From NCBI GenBank assembly GCA_963848365.1, contig CAWKDI010000015.1:29037-93036 (forward strand): DNA of 64,000 nucleotides, in the 5' to 3' direction. The stretch comes from an uncultured Acidobacteriota bacterium. Its GTDB lineage: Bacteria > Acidobacteriota > Terriglobia > Acidiferrales > UBA7541. This document shows, piece by piece, positions 56,127 to 64,000 of this stretch; position 1 is the first letter of the stretch; the number at the start of each line of letters is the position of its first letter. The position numbers and the translations under genes are program-made. The notes under the pieces were generated by a model, which saw only the letters and a list, made by a program, of their open reading frames with translations, searched no databases and was not told where the DNA came from.

Positions 56127-57440
56127 TTACGCGAGGGCCTGACGGAGGTCTTCAATCAAATCCTCTGGTTCTTCCAGCCCCACCGAGACGCGAACGGTCC
56201 CTGATTCCACGCCCGCGCCGCGCAATTCCGCCTCCGACAGTTTGTAGTGCGATGTGTAGATGGGCAAAACGACGAGCGACTCCACCCCTCCCAGGCTCGC
56301 CGCCAGCAGGAATATGCGGACGCGGTCGCAGAAACGCCGCGCGGCGGGTAGACCGCCTTTCATGTCGAATGCCAGCATCGCGCCGAATCCCCGCATCTGG
56401 CGCTTCGCCAGGTGATGCTCCGGGTGCGGGAGAAGTCCCGGATAGTGTACGCGCGCCACCTTAGGATGTTTTTCCAGGAATTTCGCCACCAGCATGGCAT
56501 TCTTGCATTGCCGCTCCATTCGCACACCGAGCGTCTTCAATCCGCGGATTAACAGAAATGCCGCCTCCGGGTCCATTGATCCGCCGAGATAAATCACGTT
56601 CTGGCGCACCTTCTGTATCAGCGCCTTGCTTCCTGCGACGGCCCCTGCGATGACGTCGGAGTGCCCCGCCAGGTATTTCGTCGCGCTGTGCACGACCAGG
56701 TGAAAGCCCAGGCCGATGGGCTTTTGCAGCACCGGCGTCGCGAACGTGTTGTCGATGATCGAAACAAGGTCCCATTCCTGCACGAACTCCATCACCTTTT
56801 GCAGATCGACAAGCCGGAGCGTCGGGTTGGTGGGGGTCTCCACATACACGGCTTTCGTCCGTGGATTAACGAGCCGCTCGATGCCCGCGAGATCGGATTC
56901 CACGTGACGCACCACGATCCCGAAGCGTGGAAAAACATCGCGCATCAGGCGATAGCTTCCGCCGTAGAGCTGCCGCGTCGCGATCACTTCATCGCCAGCC
57001 CGCAACACTCCCAGCAGCGCGCTTGAAATGGCCGCGCTTCCCGAAGCAGTGACCACCGCTGCTTCGGCGCCTTCCAGCGCCGCGATCTTCTGTTCCGCTA
57101 CTGCAAGCGTGGGGTTGCCGTAGCGCGTGTAGATGTAGGCCGCGCTTTTCCCCTCCGCCCAGCGCTTCATCTCCTCGGTATTGGCAAAAGTGAAATTTGC
57201 CGTGCGCGAGATCGGCGTGCCGACCGCGGCGCCGACCCCAAAACGATCTTCGCCTACGTGGATCGCAATCGTCGAATCGCCGATGCGTGTTGCTTTGCCT
57301 GATTTTGCCATCGCTTTTTTCATCAGCGCAGGATGGCGCTTTCCGAGCATAACGGCAAGCGCCAATTTGGCGGCGCCGAGCGCCTCGTAATGCGGATCTT
57401 CGGGAGCGGTTTTGGAGGTGAGTCGAAATGCCGGAATCAA
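56127..57440 (-). CDS. Cys/Met-metabolism PLP enzyme (cystathionine gamma-synthase / O-acylhomoserine sulfhydrylase family)
   Basis: HSATKYLAGHSDV PLP-lysine motif. The TTG start at 57440 overlaps the bactofilin stop; an internal ATG start (MKKAMAKSGK..) is also possible. Confidence 0.85.
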   Translation of the reverse strand: MIPAFRLTSKTAPEDPHYEALGAAKLALAVMLGKRHPALMKKAMAKSGKATRIGDSTIAIHVGEDRFGVGAAVGTPISRTANFTFANTEEMKRWAEGKSAAYIYTRYGNPTLAVAEQKIAALEGAEAAVVTASGSAAISSALLGVLRAGDEVIATRQLYGGSYRLMRDVFPRFGIVVRHVESDLAGIERLVNPRTKAVYVETPTNPTLRLVDLQKVMEFVQEWDLVSIIDNTFATPVLQKPIGLGFHLVVHSATKYLAGHSDVIAGAVAGSKALIQKVRQNVIYLGGSMDPEAAFLLIRGLKTLGVRMERQCKNAMLVAKFLEKHPKVARVHYPGLLPHPEHHLAKRQMRGFGAMLAFDMKGGLPAARRFCDRVRIFLLAASLGGVESLVVLPIYTSHYKLSEAELRGAGVESGTVRVSVGLEEPEDLIEDLRQALA

Positions 57441-57850
57441 CCGGCGCTGGCTGCAGAGCGCATGGCGATCACGATGGGCTTGGCTTCATCACCGGGCGGA
57501 ACAATGTGGCACTGGCCCTCGAACACCGCGCCAGGTTCGATCAGCACGCAGGGAGAATGCACTTCTCCGGTGATGATTCCCGTGCCTTGTATTTCCACGC
57601 GCTTCGTCGCGTGCAGCGTGCCGTCAAACCGGCCAGCAACGATGACGTGGCTGCCGATAATTTCACCCTCGACTGCGGACTTTTCCCCAAGGACCAGCAT
57701 GTCTCGAGAAACCAGTGTGCCCTTCATCTCCGAATTGATCCGGAAGGTCCCGGGTAGCTCAAGTTTCCCGTCGACCTTTACGCCTTGGTCGAGGAAGCCT
57801 GTCCATTCGCCCGTTGCATCGTGTTTGTGGTCAAACCAGCCCCAAGGCAT
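57437..57850 (-). CDS. Bactofilin
   Basis: Repetitive beta-helix pattern: KVDGKLELPGTFRINSEMKGTLVSRDMLVLGEKSAVEGEIIGSHVIVAGRFDGTLHATKRVEIQGTGIITGEVHSPCVLIEPGAVFEG. Confidence 0.8.
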   Translation of the reverse strand: MPWGWFDHKHDATGEWTGFLDQGVKVDGKLELPGTFRINSEMKGTLVSRDMLVLGEKSAVEGEIIGSHVIVAGRFDGTLHATKRVEIQGTGIITGEVHSPCVLIEPGAVFEGQCHIVPPGDEAKPIVIAMRSAASAG

Positions 57851-57872
57851 TGCTCGCGATACCCCGCCCGCT

Positions 57873-58820
57873 TCATTCTCTCATCAACTGATCATAGAGT
57901 CGCGCCAGATCACTATCACTGTAGTATTCAAAAATCAACTGCCCTGCTCCACCACCTTTGCCTGCATGAAGAAGTACACGTGTCCCGAATCTGCGTTGAA
58001 GGTCTTCCAGTGCCGCTTTCGTGTTAGGGTCAACAGTTCTGGCGGTCGGCACGGGCGCCGTACGCGGGCCACGGGAGGCCAGCCGCTCGACTTGCCTCAC
58101 CGTCATTCCACCCTTCGCGATTCGACGGGCAACGTCGAGGCGGGTTGCAGGATCCGGTAGTGCCAGGAGCGCGCGTCCATGTCCGGCGGTCAGCGAACCA
58201 TCCGCGAGCATCTCCTGAATCGGCTCCTCGAGCTTTAGAAGACGGACGGTGTTGGCAATCGTCGCACGGTCCTTGCCGGTCTTTTCAGCGACCTGTTCCT
58301 GCGTAAGATGGAAATCGTCGGTCAATTTTTGAAAGGCATGCGCCTGCTCAATTGGGTTCAGGTCCTCGCGCTGGAGATTTTCGACCAGCGTCATCTCAAG
58401 TGCCGTCTCCTCTGGAACGTCGCGGATGACGATGGGCACGCGGCTCATCTGCGCGCGTTGCGCCGCACGCCAGCGCCGCTCGCCAGCGATTAGCTGATAC
58501 CTCCCGGCGAGCCTTCTGACGACGAGGGGCTGTACGATGCCGCTGGCCCGGATTGACTGGGCAAGCTCATTCAGCGCTTCATCGCGAAAATAAGTCCTTG
58601 GTTGATATGGGCTTGGATCGATCAAGTCAATATCGGCGAGGAGCAGCCCGTCATTCGGAAGGGATTCCGGTGCCCGAACTGTCACTGCCGCTGTCCCCAC
58701 TCCCGCCATCGGTGCCGCTGTGGCCGCTGGTTGCACCTGCTGCTGCGGCTGATGCGGTGCGTGCTCCTCCGGCTCCCGTATCAGTGCGCTCAGTCCCCGG
58801 CCCAACGCGTTTCTGGGCAT
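57873..58820 (-). CDS. parB: Chromosome partitioning protein ParB
   Basis: MPRNALGRGLSALI, IVQPLVVR, GERRWRAA and an HTH region. Start at ATG 58820 rather than the track start 58919. Confidence 0.9.
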   Translation of the reverse strand: MPRNALGRGLSALIREPEEHAPHQPQQQVQPAATAAPMAGVGTAAVTVRAPESLPNDGLLLADIDLIDPSPYQPRTYFRDEALNELAQSIRASGIVQPLVVRRLAGRYQLIAGERRWRAAQRAQMSRVPIVIRDVPEETALEMTLVENLQREDLNPIEQAHAFQKLTDDFHLTQEQVAEKTGKDRATIANTVRLLKLEEPIQEMLADGSLTAGHGRALLALPDPATRLDVARRIAKGGMTVRQVERLASRGPRTAPVPTARTVDPNTKAALEDLQRRFGTRVLLHAGKGGGAGQLIFEYYSDSDLARLYDQLMRE

Positions 58821-59574
58821 TAGAAATGACCTCCTTCGCCAGTTGGATGTAGCTTTCTGCGCCCTTGCTATGTATATCGTAGAACATAACAGGCATACCG
58901 TGGCTGGGGGCCTCCGCAAGCCGAACGTTTCGCGGGATCACGGTTTCAAAGACCTGTGCCCCGAAGAAACTCCTGAGGTCAGCGGCCACCTGTTTGGATA
59001 GCGTGGTTCTATCATCATACATCGTCAGTAGTATGCCTTCGATCCCCAATGCCGGGTTAATCGTCCGGCGGAGGCGCATCAAGGTATCCAGCAGTTCCGA
59101 AACTCCCTCCAGTGCGAGATATTCACACTGGATGGGCACCAGAACAGAGTCGCTGGCCGCGAGGGCATTGAGGGTCAGAAGATCCAGAGAAGGTGGGCAA
59201 TCAATTAGGATAAAGGCGTATTTGTCGCGAACCTTCTGAACGGCCGCCTTCAGGCGATATTCCCGGTCTTCCATCGCAACCAGCTCGACGGCAGCGCCCA
59301 CAAGGTTTTTGTCGGAGGGGATCAGGTCCAGGCCGTCGACCTGGGCATCAATAGTTATTCGCTCGATGGGTTCATCCAGGATTAGAGCCTGGTAGAGCGT
59401 CCGGCGGGCTGGGTCCTTTGGAAATCCAAGTGAGCTGGTTGTGTTTCCCTGAGGATCGCAATCGATGATCAGGGTTCGCTGTTCCGAAGCGGCTAGAGAG
59501 GCCCCCAGATTGACTGTAGTAGTTGTCTTGCCGACCCCGCCCTTCTGGTTGGCGATGGAAATGACACGTGCCAA
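58651..59574 (-). CDS. parA: Chromosome partitioning ATPase ParA/Soj, with an unusual 60-aa low-complexity C-terminal extension as sequenced
   Basis: The TTG at 59574 sits 4 nt after GGGGGGA and gives MARVISIANQKGGVGKTTT. The track start at 59625 would place it 2 nt from parS at 59628-59643. The ORF reads 170 nt into parB. Confidence 0.85.
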   Translation of the reverse strand: MARVISIANQKGGVGKTTTTVNLGASLAASEQRTLIIDCDPQGNTTSSLGFPKDPARRTLYQALILDEPIERITIDAQVDGLDLIPSDKNLVGAAVELVAMEDREYRLKAAVQKVRDKYAFILIDCPPSLDLLTLNALAASDSVLVPIQCEYLALEGVSELLDTLMRLRRTINPALGIEGILLTMYDDRTTLSKQVAADLRSFFGAQVFETVIPRNVRLAEAPSHGMPVMFYDIHSKGAESYIQLAKEVISNAQKRVGPGTERTDTGAGGARTASAAAAGATSGHSGTDGGSGDSGSDSSGTGIPSE

Positions 59575-59627
59575 AATTCCCCCCAGTGCGCGGTGAATGT
59601 AGCAGAAACATTTTGCGGCGTGCAACT

Positions 59628-59643
59628 TGTTTCACGTGAAACA
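59628..59643. promoter_or_regulatory. parS: parS site (perfect palindrome TGTTTCACGTGAAACA)
   Basis: Matches the canonical 16-bp parS consensus tGTTnCACGTGAAACa, directly upstream of parA. Confidence 0.85.
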
Positions 59644-59692
59644 TTCTCTGCGCCCATTTTCTACTTTAAAGCCCGCCATAGCTCGCCATTTT

Positions 59693-59708
59693 AGTTCCAC
59701 GTGAAACA
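59693..59708. promoter_or_regulatory. parS: Second parS-like site (AGTTCCACGTGAAACA)
   Basis: One mismatch at position 1, 65 bp from the first site, between rsmG and parA. Confidence 0.7.
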
Positions 59709-59722
59709 TTTTGCGGACCTGC

Positions 59723-60355
59723 CTACGCCATATCGCCAGAAAGGAGATAGCGGCGCTCCGATTGAGGTATGCGGACTGGTGCCGACCATTTCCAACCGCT
59801 CGGGTGATGCATGGGAATCTTTTGTGCGTCTTCCTCCCCCACCCAAAGAACGACGCGCCCCCCGGGGGCCAGATTCGTCCTCGCAAACGCCAGGATGCCG
59901 GCAAACTCTCCAACAGCTCTCGCCGTGACATAATCAAAACGAGAACTTTCGACGGCCTCGAAAGTCTCCATGCGGCCTTGCCATACCCGAACGCCAGCTT
60001 CGACGCCCAGCTTCCTTGCAACCTCTCTCAGAAACACGCACTTCCTCATATTCGACTCGATAAGCGTAACGCTCATAGAGGGGCGCGCAAGATAAATTGG
60101 CAATCCGGGAAAACCGGCCCCTGATCCAACGTCGGCGAGCCGACCATTTTGAATCAGCCCGGAAGTCAAAGCGAAGATGCTCTCTCCAAAGTGAAATCTG
60201 AGAATTTCGCCGGGATCGGTCACCGTAGTTAGGGAAAGAGTCTCATTCCACCGGGCGAGTAATTCAATATAGCTACGGATCTGACCGCACAATGCATCGC
60301 TCGCCCTAAATCCATATTTTTCAAGCTCATCGAAACAGGCAGATTCACCATTCAT
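59723..60355 (-). CDS. rsmG: 16S rRNA (guanine527-N7)-methyltransferase
   Basis: LADVGSGAGFPGLPI SAM motif and the conserved position upstream of parAB. Confidence 0.9.
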   Translation of the reverse strand: MNGESACFDELEKYGFRASDALCGQIRSYIELLARWNETLSLTTVTDPGEILRFHFGESIFALTSGLIQNGRLADVGSGAGFPGLPIYLARPSMSVTLIESNMRKCVFLREVARKLGVEAGVRVWQGRMETFEAVESSRFDYVTARAVGEFAGILAFARTNLAPGGRVVLWVGEEDAQKIPMHHPSGWKWSAPVRIPQSERRYLLSGDMA

Positions 60356-61074
60356 ACTATATTAGTAGTACTACTAGATTTGTCTCTGAGCCGCCGAAAA
60401 GCTCGAGGCGCCATCATTCCCGCCACAATATCTGCTACGAAGTGCGAAACCACAGGCGCCAGCAAGCTCCCGGTCCACCAGCGAATTGTGGAGAAGCAAA
60501 CTCCCACAATGAATGTAGAAAGAATACCGCGCGGCCCTTGGTATAAGTGAGCCAGTCCAAACATCGCACTGGCGGCCAAAATCCCGAAAAAGGCCAAGTG
60601 CGCCCATCGCTGCAAAGTTGTCTGAACGAATCCGCGGTAGATGAACTCCTCGCAGAAAGCCACCGTCAAGACGACTCCAACGAACGCCACGCGCTCAACG
60701 TCATCCTGCGGGAAAATGCGGCTGGCAAGCTGCGCCATGGCGCCCTGGGCCTCGCGTGGCTGCGCGGCCAGTTGACGCAGACTCACCAATTGATTGGTCA
60801 AGACCAGCGCGGAAAAAAGGACGGTCACAACGATGACGACCGCCACATGCGGCACAGCCAAGCCCAGTTGCGCAGGCCCGATTCCGCGCGCTCGCGCGCG
60901 CCAAAAGATGATTGCCACCGCAAGCCATTGCGAGACGACTGTGGAGGCGTACAATCGAAGCCGGTCCCGTTTGGTCGTTTCTTCCAGGGCCATCAGGCGC
61001 TTCATGCGGCGCCTGCCAAGAATTGGCACGACGATAGCTAGAAAAATCAGAATCACAACAAAATCCCAGGGCAT
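60352..61074 (-). CDS. CPBP-family intramembrane glutamic endopeptidase (CAAX protease-like)
   Basis: EEFIYRGF, FGLAHLY, VSHFVADI. Confidence 0.8.
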   Translation of the reverse strand: MPWDFVVILIFLAIVVPILGRRRMKRLMALEETTKRDRLRLYASTVVSQWLAVAIIFWRARARGIGPAQLGLAVPHVAVVIVVTVLFSALVLTNQLVSLRQLAAQPREAQGAMAQLASRIFPQDDVERVAFVGVVLTVAFCEEFIYRGFVQTTLQRWAHLAFFGILAASAMFGLAHLYQGPRGILSTFIVGVCFSTIRWWTGSLLAPVVSHFVADIVAGMMAPRAFRRLRDKSSSTTNIV

Positions 61075-61153
61075 CGCTCGATCAAATCATTTTCACATCC
61101 CTTCGGCAAGCTAAAGTCCGGCGCCTTCGCCACGTCGTCCCTTTCACATGAAG

Positions 61154-61183
61154 TTGACACGGACCGAGCCGGGGCTTTATCGT
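61154..61183 (+). promoter_or_regulatory. Candidate sigma70-type promoter of purD
   Basis: TTGACA (61154-61159), 18-nt spacer, TATCGT (61178-61183), 25 nt upstream of the ATG. Confidence 0.3.
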
Positions 61184-61208
61184 GCAGAATCTCTGTTGCC
61201 GGAGACTT

Positions 61209-62513
61209 ATGAAAATTCTCGTGATCGGAAGCGGCGGCCGCGAGCACGCCCTGGTCTGGAAACTTGGGCAGAGCGCCTCAGTCGAGAAGATCTGGTGTGC
61301 GCCAGGAAATGCCGGAATTGCGGAGCACGCTGAATGCGTCCCGCTCGATCTGAAGAACGTGGCGGCCGCCGCCGATCTCGCAAAATCGCTGGGCGTTGAC
61401 CTTACTATTGTCGGTCCGGAACTGCCGCTGGCCCTCGGCATTGTCAACGAGTTTTCGCGCCGCGGTCTTGCCATCCTGGGCCCTGCGCGCGAGGCGGCGC
61501 AGCTAGAGGGCAGCAAGATTTTCGCCAAGCAGTTTATGGAGCGCCACCGTATTCCCACCGCCGCGATTTATGGCATCTGTGATTCCACAGCGGAAGCGCT
61601 TAACGCGATCGAAAAAGCCGCTTTGCCGGTGGTCATCAAAGCCGACGGCCTTTGCGCCGGCAAAGGAGTTCTTGTAGCGTCTTCCCGGGATGAGGCTCTT
61701 CAGTTCGTAAGCCGCGCGATGGATCAGCACGAGTTCGGAGCCGCCGGCCAGCGTCTCCTTATAGAAGAAGGCCTTCGTGGAAAGGAACTGTCCTACATCA
61801 TCCTGACAGACGGCGAGCATTTCGTCTCGATGGCGCCCACTCGCGACCACAAGCGCGCCTTCGACCACGACGAAGGCCCCAACACAGGCGGCATGGGCGC
61901 TTATTCCACCGATCACATTCTTTCTCCCGATCTTGAGAAAGTAATCGTCGAGAAGATCGTTCGGCCCACCCTCGCGGGCCTCAAGCAGGATAAGCTTCCA
62001 TACTGCGGCTTTCTCTACTTTGGCCTGATGCTCACGCCGGAAGGCCCGAAGGTTCTCGAATACAATTGCCGCTTGGGCGATCCAGAAACCGAGGCGATTC
62101 TGCTTCGCGCCGACTTCGACTTTGCGGACGCGTGCGTCCACGCGGTTCGCGGAGACCTGCGAAACTTTGCGGCGCATTGGACTCCCGGAGCCAGCGTTTG
62201 CGTCGTCATTGCCTCGGAAGGTTATCCAGGCAATCCCTTAACGGGCAGGCCAATTCTTGGGTTGCCGGCCGTTCAAGGTCAGGGCAGCGTGGTATTCCAC
62301 GCCGGCACGAGTGGAGAGAAAGGGCGCTATTACACAAACGGCGGCAGATTTCTTGTTGTTGCGGCTAGCGGAACCGATTTAGAGGCGGCCCGCAAGAAGG
62401 TTTATGAATCTCTACGCGTGATAAAATGTGAGGGCTCTTTCTATCGAACCGATATCGGCACGAGCGAACAGGGAAAAGTTCTTCACCACACCACCGCAAA
62501 ATCCGTCAGCTAA
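61209..62513 (+). CDS. purD: Phosphoribosylamine-glycine ligase
   Basis: [15 protein letters not shown]..; ATP-grasp core; ..GGMGAYS.. Confidence 0.9.
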   Translation: MKILVIGSGGREHALVWKLGQSASVEKIWCAPGNAGIAEHAECVPLDLKNVAAAADLAKSLGVDLTIVGPELPLALGIVNEFSRRGLAILGPAREAAQLEGSKIFAKQFMERHRIPTAAIYGICDSTAEALNAIEKAALPVVIKADGLCAGKGVLVASSRDEALQFVSRAMDQHEFGAAGQRLLIEEGLRGKELSYIILTDGEHFVSMAPTRDHKRAFDHDEGPNTGGMGAYSTDHILSPDLEKVIVEKIVRPTLAGLKQDKLPYCGFLYFGLMLTPEGPKVLEYNCRLGDPETEAILLRADFDFADACVHAVRGDLRNFAAHWTPGASVCVVIASEGYPGNPLTGRPILGLPAVQGQGSVVFHAGTSGEKGRYYTNGGRFLVVAASGTDLEAARKKVYESLRVIKCEGSFYRTDIGTSEQGKVLHHTTAKSVS

Positions 62514-62535
62514 AATTCATCTGGGAGAAAGTGCA

Positions 62536-63068
62536 TTGATCAAATCTGAGGCAAGGGAAGTACTTGTGGGAATTCTAATCGGTTCTGATAGCGATTACCC
62601 TGTAATGAGTGAAGCAGCAGCCGTGCTGGAGAAATTTAGCATCCCCTATGAGATAGAGGTGGTCTCCGCGCATCGCACCCCGGCGCGCGCCCATGAATAC
62701 GCCACCAGCGCCGCCAGCCGGGGTCTGAAGGTGTTGATTGCGGCGGCGGGGTCGCAGCTCACCTGGCGGGCGTGATCGCCGCGAATACCACGCTGCCGGT
62801 AATTGGCGTTCCGATGGCCGCAGGGGGCCTGAACGGCCTCGACGCGCTCCTGGCCACCGTCCAGATGCCGGGCGGAATTCCCGTCGCGACAATGGCCATC
62901 GGAAAAGCGGGAGCGGTCAACGCGGCGATTTTCGCCGCAGAAATTTTAGGCACCTCCGATGCGAACGTCGCCAGAAAACTGACAGGCCACAAGGAAGAGC
63001 TGGCCCGCTCCGTGGTCGAAAAAAATCAGCGCCTGCAGGAGCAGCTGGCGGCGAGACATTCTGTGTGA
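62536..63068 (+). pseudogene. purE: N5-CAIR mutase PurE, one frameshift as sequenced (G-run at 62748-62751)
   Basis: ..[37 protein letters not shown] | [21 protein letters not shown]... The two halves lie in different frames and join at GCGGGG|TCGCA. Confidence 0.85.
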
Positions 63069-63173
63069 TTTGCTTGATGGCTGAGCAAAACCACCACCCA
63101 TTGCCCTCCGGCTCTGAGGGGCCTGCATTTTTTTCGGCGTTACGATCCGTTTGAGCCCTGTTTGCGCAAATTC

Positions 63174-64000
63174 CTAGGATGCGGAAGTTGCGCTTGCCAG
63201 GGCTTCCAGTTTTTTCAGCCGGTCGTCGCCGCCAATCACGATCAGGCAGTCACCGGGGCGGATGATCGAGTCCTCAGCCGGATTAAACGCCATTTTGCCT
63301 TCCGCGTTTTTCACTGCGAGCACAATCACGCCGGCTTGCTGGCGAATCATCGAATCTCCTAGCTTTTTTCCCGCCAACGCGGACCGCTCCGGGATCCTCA
63401 CCTCACCGATTTCGATGTCGAGGCGCTCTGTGCCGAACGCCGTATCGATAAAGTCAAGCACGTTGGGCCGCAGAAAAAGCTGCGCGATGCGGCGGCCGAC
63501 AAAAAAATAAGGCGAAATCACCTGCGTGGCGCCGGCCCGGAGCAGCTTGGAAGTCGCCTCTTCCTCGCTGGCGCGCGCGATGATTTTCAGGTCGGACCGA
63601 AATCCGCGGGCCGTCAAAATAATGTAGAGATTTTCCGCGTCCGAGCTTACCGCCGCCACGAAACCGCGGGCGCGGTCGATTTTCGCGCGTGCGAGTATCT
63701 CCTCGCTCGACGCGTTTCCAACAATCACCGGAATCTTTTCATCCTCGGCCCAGCGGGCGCGGTTGGGATCCTTTTCGATAATCACGCAGTTCTCGCCGCG
63801 GGCGCGAAGTTCCCGCACGACCGTGCGTCCCACGCGGCCTGCTCCGCAGATAATGTAATGGTTCGAAAGCTTGGAGATTTCGCGTTCCATTTTCCGCCTT
63901 CCAAACACCTTTCCGAACTCGAATTCCAGCAACGCCTGCGAAAACGTGCCGATCGTGAGGCCCACCCCGGCCACAGAAGCAACAATGAGAAACGAATTGA
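63174..64000 (-). CDS. Potassium channel protein with TrkA-N/TrkA-C (RCK) domains; 5' end beyond the window
   Basis: IICGAGRVGRTVVREL Rossmann motif. The frame stays open upstream of the GTG at 63974 (..NSFLIVASVAGVGLTIG, TM-like) to the window edge. Confidence 0.8.
   Translation of the reverse strand, partial: NSFLIVASVAGVGLTIGTFSQALLEFEFGKVFGRRKMEREISKLSNHYIICGAGRVGRTVVRELRARGENCVIIEKDPNRARWAEDEKIPVIVGNASSEEILARAKIDRARGFVAAVSSDAENLYIILTARGFRSDLKIIARASEEEATSKLLRAGATQVISPYFFVGRRIAQLFLRPNVLDFIDTAFGTERLDIEIGEVRIPERSALAGKKLGDSMIRQQAGVIVLAVKNAEGKMAFNPAEDSIIRPGDCLIVIGGDDRLKKLEALASATSAS

Overview
High-GC chromosomal window with about 60 protein-coding genes and no rRNA, intact tRNA, CRISPR array or transposase-bearing IS. 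Gene content looks Acidobacteria-like; this is inference from CarboxypepD_reg-type TonB receptors and many Sec/Tat-exported enzymes. All product calls come from motif recognition by eye, with no database search.

Layout:
- 1-10.5 kb: exported enzymes, including a TonB receptor, an amidohydrolase, a tandem DoxX protein and a Tat-signal PrpD-family protein.
- 10.5-14.8 kb: an AT-richer recombination scar. It holds two tRNA 3'-halves, three copies of a 23-25 nt repeat, truncated gene fragments and a twice-frameshifted large serine recombinase with small unknown ORFs.
- 15.1-25.8 kb: a copper/redox island. It holds two divergent Cys-rich paralogues, a TonB receptor, a YcnJ-like CopC-CopD-YtkA fusion, YcnI, SCO, cytochrome c, a Tat-exported SOD, a CcmH-like protein and FTR1.
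- 26-43 kb: housekeeping genes (comM/yifB-like, ClC, MarR, dtd, mqn, metH, ComF, DksA) plus an uncharacterised PD-(D/E)xK protein and an HNH nuclease.
- 43.6-49.9 kb: lpdA-lipB-E1alpha-E1beta-E2. lipB through E2 carry at least 11 single-nucleotide frameshifts, while the flanking genes are intact.
- 51.3-52.9 kb: a HipA-like kinase + DUF3037 pair.
- 53-64 kb: H1-like protein, LysM lytic transglycosylase, a cgs-bactofilin-parB-parA operon with two parS sites, rsmG, CPBP protease, purD, frameshifted purE and a TrkA-type channel.

Most interesting: the CCCCG..CPMH paralogue pair heading the copper island, the tRNA-half/repeat scar, the clustered frameshifts, the kinase-DUF3037 module and the parAB-bactofilin linkage.
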